In this document: positions 12,645-24,746 of the stretch, one piece after another
Numbering within the stretch: the stretch's first letter is position 1
Layout: each line of letters begins with the position of its first letter
Assembly: GCF_902713615.1 (NCBI RefSeq)
Contig: NC_052167.1
Span: 19,954,690-20,018,689, forward strand
Reading direction: 5' to 3'
DNA length: 64,000 bases
Source of the DNA: Scyliorhinus canicula
Taxonomy: Eukaryota
Translations under genes and position numbers: made by a program
Notes under the pieces: model-generated
The model's input: the letters and a program-made list of their open reading frames with translations, nothing else
Told to the model about the DNA's origin: nothing
The model's database searches: none

Positions 12645-13162
12645 CAGCGCCGGCCCTAGGGTTGCTGGCGCCCCGGGCAAGCTGAACTTCGGCGCCCTTG
12701 GGGGGGGGGGGGCCGAGAGGGGGGGCGGGGCCGAGAGGGGGGCGGGGCCAGGGGGGGGGTCGAGAGGGGGCGGGGTCGAGAGGGGGCGGGGTCGAGAGGG
12801 GGCGGGGCCGAGAGGGGGCGGGGCCGAGGGGGGGGGCGGACCCGGGGGGCGGACCCGAGGGGGAGGCGGGGGGGAGCGGACCCGAGGGGGGGGGAGCGGA
12901 CCCGAGGGGGGAGGCGGGGCGGACCCGAGAGGGGGGGGCGGGGGGACGGACCCGAGGCGGGGGGGGAGCGGACCGAGGGGGCGGACCGGGGGGGGGAGGG
13001 CGGACAGAGGGGGGGGGACCGCCCTGGGGGAGTGCGGCCACCGCGCATGCGCTGGTTGGCACCGGCCCAACTGCGCATGCGCGGGACCCGAGTCTCTGGC
13101 GCCCCCTAGCACATGGCGCCCCGGGCGACTGCCCGAGTTGCCGGTGCCTTGAGCCGGCCCTG
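12645..13162. mobile_element. Non-autonomous hAT (Tip100-like) element with G-rich internal tandem repeats
   Basis: TIR CAG(G/C)GCCGGC; perfect 8-bp TSD tgtccctg at 12637-12644 and 13163-13170. Confidence 0.92.
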
Positions 13163-13424
13163 TGTCCCTGTACACGTACAACACTGACACCCAGCCGGCA
13201 ACGTGGAAAATTCCCCAGGTAATTCCTGTTCACAAAAAGCAGGACAAATCCAAGCCGGCCAGCTACCGTCTGATCGGTCTACACTTGATCAGCAGCAAAG
13301 TGATGGACGACGCCATCAAATGGACGTTACTTAGCAATAGCCAGCTCACTGACGCTCAGCTTGGGCTACACCAGTCAGCTCCAGTCTTCATTATAGCCTC
13401 GGTCCAAATATGGACAGAAGAGCT

Positions 13425-13661
13425 TGTGATATCCTGCGCTGGACTTACGGGGTGGGGTTATCATCTTCCCGGTGGCTCACATAGAGTAGGAGCTTCCCCG
13501 CTGAGGGGCAGGAGAACTCTATAAAACATCGTATTAAAGGTCAGCTAGTAAGGCACAGACCAGAAAAAGACCGGTAGGGAATTACAGGGATGTGTCCGTT
13601 ATTGTGAATAAATCAAAGTTCTTTATTTACTCGGTGTGATCTTCCTGGTGTCCTTATTAAA
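13425..13661 (+). mobile_element. Solo LTR
   Basis: Starts TGTGA; TATAAAA ~13520, AATAAA ~13607; 5-bp TSD gagct; terminal CA appears mutated to AA. Confidence 0.75.
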
Positions 13662-14915
13662 GAGCTGAACTCCAGAGGGGAGGTTGGAGTGACTGCCCTT
13701 GACATCAAGGTAGCATTTGATCAAGTGTGGTATCATGGAGCCCTGGCACAACATGAAAAATGGCAAGTAACATTCACACCACCCAAGTGCCAGGCAATGG
13801 CCATTCCCAGCAAGAGAGACACTAACCATGTCTCCTTGACATTCAATGGCATTACCGTCGCTGAATCACCCGCTAACCACATCCAGGGGGGTTTGCCATT
13901 GACCCGAAACTGAACTGGACCAGCCATATAAATACTGTGGCAACAAGAGCACGTCAGAGGCTGGGAATCCTGCGGTGAGTAACTCTCCTCCCCGAAAGCC
14001 TGCAGACCATCTACAAGGTAGCTCAGAAAGCTCAACACCATCCAGGGCAAAGCAGCCTGCTTGATCGGCACCCCACCCACAGGCATTCACTTCCCTCCGC
14101 CACCGACGCACAGTAGCTGCAGCGTGTACGTTACACAAGAAGCACGACAGCAACTCACCAAGGCTGCTTAGACAGCACCATCCAAATCAGCGACTTCTAT
14201 CACCTCGAAGACGAGGACAGCAGACACATGGGAACACCGCCACCTGCAGGTTTCCCTTCAAGCCGCACACGGACCTGACTTGGAGATATATCGGCTGTTC
14301 CTTCACTGTGGGGCTATCGAAATTCTGAAACTCTCTCCCTGACAGAATTGGGGGGGATGGACTTCAGTGGTTCAAGAAGGTGGCTCCCCTCCACCTTCTC
14401 AAGGGAAGTTAGGGATGGAGAACTATCGTATTCAGTAATAGCCACATTCCATGAATGAATAAAAACAATTGCACCGCACTGAACCTTCCACTGGGAGAGA
14501 AGAAATTAGCAAAGTGAAAAAGGAAAGATGGCATCATAAAGATTGATAGACGCCTGGAAGTGATGTCACAGTAATTAATGGCTACCCAGACAATGGTAAA
14601 ACAATGACCTCATTATGGAGCTCAGCTAACACCTGACGTTAGAGACGGAAGTTCCCGGACTTCATGTCTAACCTTTGAACCTTAATGTCTATGACTCACT
14701 TCCAGCTCTCTTAATTCCTGACATCAGCTTCAACTTTCCTGGAGGTGACAACATGATCTCTTACTTCCATTAATACTGCAAAAGAACATCACACGCAGGC
14801 TTCAACTTAGAAGAGCAAAGATTGACATTGCCCACTTTGCAGAGAGAAGCATTTACACACTCAAGACAGACCTGTGGTGTCTCGTGGTTAGTTTACCCAT
14901 TTTGCGATCTATTGG

Positions 14916-15545
14916 CGGGGGGGGGGGGCGGGATTCTCCGTTTCGGAGATGGTTGACGCCGGGACAGAATCCGGAATGGTTAACGGACTAGCATCGGTGC
15001 CACGTGGAACACAAGCAATTCCAATGTAAAACGGTGTTGATTCGCCGGGGTCAGGATTGGCACTCGAGAGGCTGACTAACTGCAGCCCCAGATCAGCAAT
15101 CCGCTCTCCACACGCGCACTCATTCCAGCCAACAAGGTGGCACTGGTTGCGCTGAAGCGCGCCCATCCCGTTAATGGGACCAGGGGGCACCTGGGGAGGG
15201 GTGGTCTCGGGGGACACCCATGTGACCCGTGGCACTAAGTTCACTGTGGCCAGTCTTGGCTGCCTTGCGGGCTGCGACAATGGTGTCCCATCCCGACTCC
15301 ATGGCCCACGTCCTGGCCACCACCCGCTACCCACCGACCCTGACAAGCCCTCTGGCCAGCAGCACAGCTGCCAGCGCACTTTAGCACTGTTGGACACTCT
15401 CCGTACCCCCTCTCCCTCTCCCTCAGCGGCCACGACGCATCTTTCCCGATTTTTAAAACCACAAGTGAAACCTGCCATCTGTAATGTCTCCCGGCGGAGT
15501 CGGTTTCACCGCGGGAGCTCGGGAGAATACCAGGTCAGGCCCGCT
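14916..15545. mobile_element. Harbinger-type MITE, partial
   Basis: Starts gggcgggattctcc; right TIR not clear. Confidence 0.6.
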
Positions 15546-15885
15546 AATGGTATACTCTCCATTGTCTCCATCAAGGAGCTGATGGGATGGCTGCTGGAAC
15601 TGAGCACTTCGATTTATGAAATAACCACCCACAGTTGTCACCCCAAATGCTTGCCCATACATTGGGCCACAGTGAACAGGGTGGATATGGGCTGAAAATT
15701 GTGCGAGCATACTTGTTAGCCAGGTCCGATAGAGGGTGCAGGCACGGGATTGCAATCGTATGTGTGCAGTTATTAACAAACGTACTGAACACAAAAAGGC
15801 TGGTTTCCCTGACAGCGCGCAATGTGAGCCAGACTCTGTTCTAAAGTTACGGGTCTGTGACCCCTTCATCACATCAGTTCATCTT

Positions 15886-16345
15886 GATTGATTGATTTGA
15901 TTTATTGTCACATGTACCGAAGTACAGTGTAAAGTATTTTTCTGCAGCCAAGGGAATGTACACAGTACGTACATAGTAAACAAAAAGAACAATCAACAGA
16001 GTATATTGACAAATGGTACATCGACAAACAGTGATTAGTTACAGTGCGGAACAAGGGGCCAAACAAAGCAAATACATGAGCAAGAGCAGCGTTGTGAATA
16101 GTGTTCTTACAGGGAACAGATCAGTCCGAGGGGGAGCCGTTGAGGAGTCTAGTAGCTGTGGGGAAGAAGCTGTTCCTATGTCTGGATGTGCGGGTCTTCA
16201 GACTTCTGTACCTTCTGCCTGATGGAAGGGTCTGGAAGAAGGCAAAGCCTGGGTGGGAGGGGTCTCTGATAATGCTGTCTGCCTTCCTGAGGCAGCAGGA
16301 GGTGTAGACAGAATCAATGTGGGGGTGGCAAGCTTGTGTGATGCG
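15886..16345 (-). mobile_element. Rex1/Babar-like LINE 3' fragment (second subfamily)
   Basis: IIRDPSHPG..FFQTLPSGRRYRS..SFFP translation and (CAAT)n tail. Confidence 0.85.
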
Positions 16346-16539
16346 TTTTGGTACATCATGCAACCAAGTGATTTATCTCCCTTCTGTCGTCTGATTCGTC
16401 GTTGTTTGAGATACGACCCACCACAGGCGCGGTTGATAGAATCGGTCCGTCAGGATAGACAATTGCGACGGGCCAAGCTCAAAGCCTGCACACTGATGAG
16501 GACGCTCACGAGAGGTCACTAACAGAGCTGAGAGGCTAT

Positions 16540-16950
16540 ACTTATCGGGAAAGACTGAAGAGACAGAGGTGTTTTTCTCTCGAATAGAAAAGGCTGAGGG
16601 CGTGGCCTGATAAGAGGACTTGAAAATTATGAAGTGATTCGATTAGGTCGTTGTGGGGAAACTGTTTCACTTTTACAGGAGAGCAAAACTCCAGACCGTA
16701 AATACGGGCTGGCCACTGATGAATCAAACAATAAATTCAGAGGGTGGGGTAGGAGGTGGGACTTCTAACATTGGAAGTTGCTGGGAAATGCTATGAATTT
16801 AAAGGGAAATTAGACAAATGTACGTGGGAGAAAGGACTGGAAGATTAGGGTCAGCTGAAAAACAGCAGGAAGAGCCTCCCGTGGAGCGTAAACATTGGCC
16901 TGGACCAGCTGGACTGGGATGGTTCTGTGTTGGAAATCCTATGCAATAGC
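16540..16950 (+). mobile_element. Degraded CR1 3' fragment
   Basis: Weak similarity to the CR1 ORF2 end (gaatagaaaaggctgagggcg...). Confidence 0.55.
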
Positions 16951-17081
16951 TGGATCCGAGGTCAAAGGACAATGACTGGAGTTGTGGCCAGGTGTTGTAC
17001 ACCTGTATAGCTTCCCTATATAATTGCTTCCCTCTCCTGCAATCTAAAATCCAAGCTTGTCATCAGCTAACAATTCTGGAA

Positions 17082-17268
17082 AAGAGACATCCCGTCAAAG
17101 TTTTACATCTTGCACTCATCTGCACAGATTAGCTAGAACACCAGATCTCGAAGGGAGCAAGGATTTATAAGTGCTCATGCAGGAGTCTGTTGTTTGCTTC
17201 GAGATTTGGTGTTCTTGCAATTCTGCTCTGATGAGTTCAAGATGAAAAGGTTTGATGGCATGTCTCTT
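17082..17268. mobile_element. Palindromic Penelope-like element with two decayed minimal hammerhead ribozyme cores
   Basis: ~80-bp inverted arms at 17082-17160 and 17190-17268; CTGATGA at 17228-17234 and GAAA at 17244-17247. Confidence 0.65.
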
Positions 17269-17289
17269 CCTCGCAATGCTCACGTTATA

Positions 17290-17860
17290 AGTCATAGAGA
17301 TCCACTGCACAGAAAAGGCCCTTCGGCCCATCATGTCTATACCAGCCAAAAACAACCACCTAATTATTCTAAACCCATTGTCCAGTACTTGCCCCATAAC
17401 CTTGTATCTGCCTTGGCATCGCAAGTGCACATCTAAATACTTCTTAGGTGTTACGAGGGTCTCTGCCTCCGCCACCCTTTCAGGCAGCGAGTTCCAGACT
17501 CCCACCACCCTCTGGGTAAAAAGGTTTTCCCTCACATCCCCTCTAAATCCCCTGCCCCTTACCTTAAACCTGTGCGTCCTGGTCAATTCGCCCTCCACCA
17601 GGGGGAAAGTTTCTTCCTGTCTACTCTCTCTATGCCCCTCATAATTTTTACATCTCAATCATCCCCCAGTCTCTTCTGCTCCAAGGAAAACAATCCCAGT
17701 CTATCCAATCTCACTTCATAACTAACCCTCTCCAGCCCAGGCAACATCCTGGTAAATCTCCTCTGCACCCTTTCCAGTGCTATCACATGCCTCCTATAAT
17801 GTGGATTCCAGAACTGCACACAATACTCAACTAACAGCTCCAGCATAACCTCCCTGCCAT
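17290..17860 (-). mobile_element. CR1 3' fragment
   Basis: EYCVQFWNPHY..LERVQRRFTRMLPG and FTQRVVGVWNSLP translations. Confidence 0.9.
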
Positions 17861-18464
17861 AAGAAGCAACTACTTTCTACTCTACTGTTTTGAACCTTTG
17901 GCGATGTTCGCGCCGATAAACCTTTGGATCTTCCCATGGTTTTATCGTATCGAAGACATACTTTGGATTGGAAAAGAAAGGCTGTAATAATAATAATCGC
18001 TTATTGTCACGAGTAGGCTTCAATGAAGTTACTGTGAAAAGCCCCTAGTCGCCACATTACGGCGCCTGTTCGGGAAGGCTGGTACGGGAATTGAACCGCA
18101 CTGCTGGCCTTGTTCTGTATGACAAGCCAGCGATTTAGCCCTCTATGCTAAACCAGCCCGCTATAAATACCCTGGCGGCAGTAAACTTTAGGTAGGCTGC
18201 CGCCCCTTGCCAACCCTTTGCATTTTGACATTATTGATGGAGCCGAAACGATCATTCAGAAACAGAAGGCATTCATCGCAATTCGAAACGCAGTGTTCCG
18301 TTATTTTCTCAAACTTGATTAGGGTGACAAAAAACATCACTCGAATGAATTAACTGCTTTCCATTTCCCACAGGAAGCCGGTGATCATATTAACATGCTC
18401 CAGTGAATGTGTTACTAATATTCTTTGCTGTTGGTCTGATTCGAGTTGGTACTTGTTGCTGCAG

Positions 18465-18675
18465 GGCTGAAGTTAACGGGGGGGATAGGCAGCAAGTGGC
18501 AAGGCATTTACGTGCAGGAGGTTGTGGCCAGTTCCCCTGCCAGTTCGGAAGGCAGCCTCCAGCCGAGGGACAAGATTCTTTACATCTGCGAGATGTGCAC
18601 CATGGGCATGACCTTGGACGATGCGGTGCGAGCGTGCGACACTGAAAACGGCCAAATTAGAATCAAGGCTACGAG
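18465..18675 (+). CDS. ptpn20: Exon: PDZ5-equivalent (GLKLTGGIGSKWQGIYV...IKATR)
   Basis: Acceptor ctgcag|GG, donor AG|gtaagg, 211 nt, phase 1-2. Confidence 0.93.
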
Positions 18676-18760
18676 GTAAGGCAGCAGGTCTTTGCAAAAT
18701 GGCATTGCTTCACTCTTTGCAGTTATTCAGTGTTGCGGTCCGTCAATATAAAGACATTTT

Positions 18761-18970
18761 GGGCGGGATTTTCCCGCCGTTCTTGCCGGTAGAATCTGAC
18801 ACCTCCCCTCCCTCATGGCCACCCCCACCCCCTCGTGGCAGAGAGTGCGAACAACGGGAAGCCCCGCTGACAGAGGCAGGAATGGAAAATCCGTCCGCCG
18901 TCCAATGGCGGGTTGTATTGACCGCCGCAGAACGCGCCACAGGGCAGCAGGGTGGTGTAAAGTCCCGCCC
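18761..18970. mobile_element. Short (~200 bp) Harbinger-type MITE; relatives at 8762-8931, 37540-37728, 47632-47753, 59200-59380
   Basis: gggcgggatttt ... aaagtcccgccc termini and a shared internal ccattga motif. Confidence 0.7.
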
Positions 18971-19213
18971 CAAATATTGAAATTCCAGTCTTGGACCTTC
19001 CCTCTCAACACGTGGCCACTAAAGCAACAGGGCAGCTTCCTTGGTACTCGTGGAAGTTGGAAAGGAAGAGCAATGAGCAGATGGAAGAAATAAAGTTGAA
19101 GGGATACGGAGAGGGAGCGAGGACCATCCATCCCCTCCGTACTCAAGGAAGATTGAGTCTAATTGCTGCTCCTTAGTGCCATCCTGGTTAAGATTATTTG
19201 GGTTAGTGTGAAT

Positions 19214-19547
19214 ATCATCAAATCCCTATAGTGCAGATGGAGGCCATTCAGCCCATCGAGTCTGCACCGACCCTCCGAAAGGGGACCCTACCTAGGCCAA
19301 CTCCACTGCCTATTTTCTGTAATCTAACCTGCACATCCTTGGACATGAAGGGGCCAGTTTAGCATGGCCAATCCACCGAACCTGCACATCCTCAGACTGC
19401 GGGAGGAAACCGGAGCACCCGGGGGAACCCACATAGCAACGGGGGGAAAGTGCAGACTCCTCACAGGCAGTCATCCAAGGTCGGAATCGAACCCGGTTCC
19501 CTGGCGCTGTGAGGCAGCAGTGCTAACTACTGTGCCACCGTGCCGCC
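19214..19547 (-). mobile_element. HE1-like V-SINE
   Basis: Same consensus. Confidence 0.88.
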
Positions 19548-19776
19548 TGAATTAAACCTTTGTTGCTATCAGAACAGATTGGAAGTGACAGATACCGGCT
19601 CCCATAATATTGGTATTAAAGGGTTTGGTGATTGGTAATGATTCAGGTACATGAAGCGTTTTAAATGATTATCCGTTTTATTACACTATGTCATTGCTGT
19701 GATATCCCAGTTGTGCAGGTAGATTGTTAGCATTTAACATTCCAGCATCTGAACTGATTTTATTTTGCTTTCTCAG

Positions 19777-19814
19777 GGATGGTCAGCCAGTGATCACTGA
19801 GGCACAGAGGACTA
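19777..19814 (+). CDS. ptpn20: Short exon (R-DGQPVITEAQRT)
   Basis: Acceptor tttctcag|G, donor A|gtaagt, 38 nt, phase 2-1. Parallels the PTPN13 KATR-NDLPV segment. Confidence 0.85.
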
Positions 19815-20079
19815 GTAAGTACCTCACTAACATTAGCGCGTTTAAGAAGCAAAGATTAGCATGTGTGCCAAAACAATGACATTGCCCTACCTGGACAGGT
19901 AGACATAACGAGTTGTGTGTGAGAGAATGTCAGAGGTGAGGCTGAATCTCTTGGATTGCCATTCGGTGCTGAAACAGCAGAGCACTGATTTTACAATTTA
20001 TTACATTTATGTGGTGCCTTTAATGTAACGAAATGTCCCAAGGCCCTCCTCGGCATTGTTATCAAACAAGATCTGACAG

Positions 20080-20545
20080 AGGTCCCACAAGTCAGGAGTG
20101 TGATGGAATACTCCCCACTTGCCTGGATGAATGCATGTCCAACAACACTCAAGAAGCTCAACCCCATCCAGGACAAAGCAGCCCCGCATGATTAGCAGCT
20201 CATCCACAAACATTCACTTCCCCAACACTGGCACACAGTGGCAGAAACATCTGGCATCTTTAAGATGCAGTGCAGCAGCTCACCAAGGCTCCTTCGAGAG
20301 CACCTTCCAAACACATGGCCAATACCCCCGCGAAGGACAAGAGGAGTAGATACATGGGAACGTCACCTCTCCAAGCCCCTCACCATCCTGACTCGGGACT
20401 GTATCACTGTTTCGTCACTGTCACTGGGTCAAAATCCTGGAACTCCCTTCCTAACAGCACTGTGGGTGTACCTACACCACGTGGACTGCAGCGGTTTCAG
20501 AAAGTGGCTTCCACCACAATCTTCACAGGGGCAATTAGGGAGGGG
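20080..20545 (+). mobile_element. 3' fragment of the same old CR1/L2-group LINE
   Basis: Aligns by eye with 14020-14420 and with the reverse of 26900-27360. Confidence 0.8.
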
Positions 20546-20780
20546 GGGGGTGGACTTGGCTGTGAGATCTAATGGTATTGTAAGAGGGGAACTAACATAG
20601 GATTCAGTTACAAGCATTTATTAGGGCGGGCAATAGTTATAGTCTACTTAGGGATTTTCCTGAACTTATGTAGTGCATTATAGAACATAGAACATAGAAC
20701 ATAGAACACTACAGCGCAGTACGGGCCCTTCGGCCCTCGATGTTACGCCGACCTGTGAAACCATCTGAAGCCTATCTGAC

Positions 20781-23660
20781 CTACACTATTCCATTTTCAT
20801 CCATATGTCTATCCAGTGACCACTTAAATGCCCTTAAAGTTGGCGAGTCTACTACTATTGCAGGCAGGGCGTTCCACACCCCTACTACTCTCTGAGTAAA
20901 GAAACTGCCTCTGACATCTGTCCTATATCTCTCACCCCTCAATTTAAAGCTATGTCCCCTCGTGTTGGTCATCACCATCCGAGGAAAAAGACTCTCACTG
21001 TCCACCCTATCTAACCCTCTGACTATCTTATATGTCTCTATTAAGTCACCTCTCAGCCTTCTCCTCTCTAACGAAAACAACCTCAATTCCCTGAGCCTTT
21101 CCTCGTAAGACCTTCCCTCCATACCAGGCAACATCCTAGTAAATCTCCTCTGAACCCTTTCCAAAGCTTCCACATCCTTCCTATAATGTGGTGACCAGAA
21201 CTGCACGCAGTACTCCAGGTGTGGCCGCACCAGAGTTATGTACAGCTGCAGCATGACCTTGTGGTTCCGAAACTCAATCCCCCTGCTTATAAAGGCTAGC
21301 ACACCATATGCCTTCTTAACAGCCCTATTAACCTGGGTGGCAACTTTCAGGGATTTATGTACCTGGATGCCGAGATCTCTCTGTTCATCTACACTACCAA
21401 GAATCTTGCCATTAGCCCAGTACTCTGCATTCCTGTTACCCCTTCCAAAGTGAACCACCTCACACTTTTCCGCATTAAACTCCATCTGCCACCTCTCAGC
21501 CCAGCTCTGCAGCTTATCTATGTCCCTCTGTATCCTATAACATCCTTCAGCACTATCCACAACTCCACCGACCTTCGTGTCATCTGCAAATTTACTAACC
21601 CATCCTTCTACACCCTCTTCCAGGTCATTTATAAAAATGACAAACAGCAGTGGCCCCAAAACAGATCCTTGCGGTACACCACTAGTAACTGAACTCCAGG
21701 ATGAACATTTGCCATCAACCACCACCCTCTGTCTTCTTTCAGCTAGCCAATTACTGATCCAAACCGCTAAATCACCTTCAATTCCATACTTCCTTATTTT
21801 CTGCAATAGCCTACCGTGGGGAACCTTATCAAACGCCTTACTGAAATCCATATACACCACATCAACAGCTTTACCCTGATCCACCTGTTTGGTCACCTTC
21901 TCAAAAAACTCAATAAGGTTTGTGAGACATGACCTACCCTTCACAAAACCGTGTTGAGTATCGCTAATCAACTTGTTCTTTTCAAGATGATTATAAACCC
22001 TATCTCTTATAACCTTTTCCAACATTTTACCCACAATCGAAGTAAGGCTCACAGGTCTATAATTACCAGGGTTGTCTCTACTCCCCTTCTTGAACAAGGG
22101 GACAATATTTGCTATCCTCCAGTCTTCCGGCACTATTCCTGTCGACAAAGACGACATAAAGATCAAGGACAAAGGCTCTGCAATCTCCTCCCTGGCTTCC
22201 CAGAGAATCCTAGGATAAATCCCATCTGGCCCAGGGGACTTATCTATTTTGACATTTTCTAAAATTGCTAACACCTCCTCCTTTTGAACCTCAATTCCAT
22301 CTAGCCTGGTCGACTGAACCTGAGTGTTCTCCTCGACAACATTGTCTTTCTCCAGTGTAAACACTGACGCAAAATATCCATTTAATGCTTCCCCTATCTC
22401 CTCTGATTCCACACACAACTTTCCACTACTATCCTTGATTGGCCCTAATCTTACTCGAGTCATTCTTTTGTTCCTGATATACCTATAGAAAGCCTTAGGG
22501 TTTTCCTTGATCCTATCCGCCAACGACTTTTCGTGTCCTCTCCTCGCTCTTCTTAACTCTCCCTTTAGGTCCTTCCTGGCTAACTTGTAACTCTCAAGTG
22601 CCCTAACTGAACCTTCATGTCTCATCCTAACATAGGCCTTCTTCTTCCTCTTGACAAGTGCTTCAACTTCCTTAGTAAACCACGGCTCCCTTGCTCGACA
22701 ACTTCCTCCCTGCCTGACAGGTACATACTTATCAAGGACACGCAGTAGCTGTTCCTTGAAAAAGCTCCACATTTCGATTGTACCCATCCCCTGCAGTTTC
22801 CTTCCCCATCCTATACCTCCTTAATCTTGCCGAATAGCATCATAATTGCCTTTCCCCCAGCTATAATTCTTGCCTTGCGGTATATACCTATCCCTGCCCA
22901 TTGCTAAAGTAAACATAACCGAGTTGTGATCACTATCGCCAAAGTGCTCACCTACATCTAAATCTAACACCTGGCCGGGTTCATTACCCAGTACCAAATC
23001 CAATGTGGCCTCGCCCCTTGTTGGCCTGTCTACATACTGTGTCAGAAAACCCTCCTGCACACACTGCACAAAAACTGACCCATCTATAGTACTCGAACTA
23101 TAGTATTTCCAGTCAATATTTGGAAAGTTAAAGTCCCCCATAACAACTACCCTGTTACTCTCGCTCCTGTCAAGAATCATCTTTCCAATCCTTTCCTCTA
23201 CATCTCTGGGACTATTCGGAGATCTATAGACAACTCCCAACAGGGTGACCTCTCCTCTACTGTTCCTAACCTCGGCCCATACTGCCTCAGTAGACGAGTC
23301 CTCAAGCGTCCTTTCTACCGCCGTAATACTTTCCTTGATTAACAATGCCACACCCCCCCCCCTCTTTTACCATCTTCTCTGTTCTTACAGAAAGATCTAA
23401 ATCCTGGAACCTGCAACAACCATTCCTGTCCCTGCTCTACCCATGTCTCCGAAATCGCCACAACATCGAGATCCCAGGTACCAACCCATGCTGCAAGCTC
23501 ACCCACCTTATTCCGGATGCTCCTGGCGTTGAAGTAGACACACTTCAAACCAGCGTCCTGCTTGCCGGTGCCCTCTTTCGAACTTTTAACCCTATCCCTG
23601 ACCTCACTACTCTCAACATCCTGTACACTGGGACTACAATTTAGGTTCCCATCCCCCTGC
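20781..23660 (-). pseudogene. CR1 ORF2 endonuclease/reverse transcriptase, disrupted
   Basis: 668-aa open RT segment at 20781-22787. One in-frame TAA at 22821-22823 and a frameshift in the G run at 23353-23362. Confidence 0.92.
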
Positions 23661-23664
23661 TGAA

Positions 23665-24001
23665 TTAGTTTAAACCCCCCCCGAAGAGCACTAGCAAATC
23701 TCCCCCCCAGGATATTGGTACCCCTCTGGTTCAGGTGAAGACCATCCTGTTTGTAGAGGTCCCACCTACCCCAGAATGAGCCCCAATTATCCAGGAAACC
23801 AAAACCCTCCCTCCTGCACCATCCCTGTAGCCACGTGTTCAACTCCTCTCTCTCCTTATTTCTCACTTCGCTAGCACGTGGCACGGGTAACAACCCAGAG
23901 ATAACAACTCTGTTTGTTCTAGCTCTCAGCTTCCACCCTAGCTCCCTGAATTTCTGTCTCAAATCCCCATCTCTCTTCCTACCTATGTCGTTGGTACCTA
24001 T
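23665..24001 (-). pseudogene. CR1 ORF1 C-terminal SGNH/GDSL esterase fragment
   Basis: VVISGLLPVP...LNTWLQGWC...GFGFLDNW..FWGRWDLYKQDGLHLN is the typical CR1 ORF1 esterase. Confidence 0.9.
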
Positions 24002-24746
24002 ATTATATTATATTAGAAAGTAGAGGAATATTCCACAGTCAGGATTAAGACATCAACGAGCAACATGCTGGTTGGTTAAGAGACATAAACGATGCTAACT
24101 GAATACTTGAGGAGCGATAAACAGCACCCGCAAGACCTCCAATAGCACTTTTTCCAGTCCAACTGGATTCTAGTGACCTTAGCAAACTTGTTTTCTCAAA
24201 CCACCTGCGAGACCCTCAATGACATGTTTTTCAGTCTAACTTGGTTTTCATCTAAAGACGCAGACATAACCAACCGCGCTCACAACAAGAGAAGAGATTA
24301 CGGGAGGAGTCATAGAAACATAAGGGCAGAAAATACTCACTCTGCCTGGGTGAACACCTGTAACTTGTTTCATGTAAAGTTTGGAGCGGACAATTTTCAA
24401 ATGTAAATAATGCTTTTTGCCTACGTGACCTACAATGTATAAATATCACATGATTTCGCAGTTGGGTAGAGTCAGCACTGGAGTCCCATCTCTGAGGTTG
24501 TGCTCGCTCAACGCATTGGCTCATAAACGATGGTTCTGTGCCTGGGTTTCCTCAGAATATTTTGTATAATAGTCGAGCACTACATCAGACGTGTAATGCT
24601 TAATACATCTCTGGATAAGTGAAACATTTATTGGACTTCAGTCGAACAGGAATGGAGGTGATATGAGCAAACACAAGTAGAAATGCTGGCCTCGACATCA
24701 AGGTGTCCAGGTGTAGGCTGCAATCTTAACGAGCGAGGTTTTTTTT

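Larger units (their letters stand above)
12140..14465 (+). mobile_element. Old CR1/L2-group LINE remnant hosting a hAT element and a solo LTR
   Basis: KA.GPD, PVHKKQDKS...YR.I.L and TALDIKVAFDQVW RT-like translations; 3' end shared with the copies at 20080, 26840 and 58570. Confidence 0.85.
20681..24001 (-). mobile_element. CR1-clade LINE (shark HER1-like), 5'-truncated within ORF1
   Basis: ORF1 SGNH-esterase C-terminus (DGLH), APE endonuclease (NARS, SETW, GDFN, SDH), RT (GVPQGSVLGP, KFADD) and (TTCTATG)n tail at ~20681-20707. Confidence 0.97.

Noticed and set aside
12562-13233. Pro/Gly-rich ORFs
   Set aside because: They come from the G-rich interior of a TSD-bounded hAT element.
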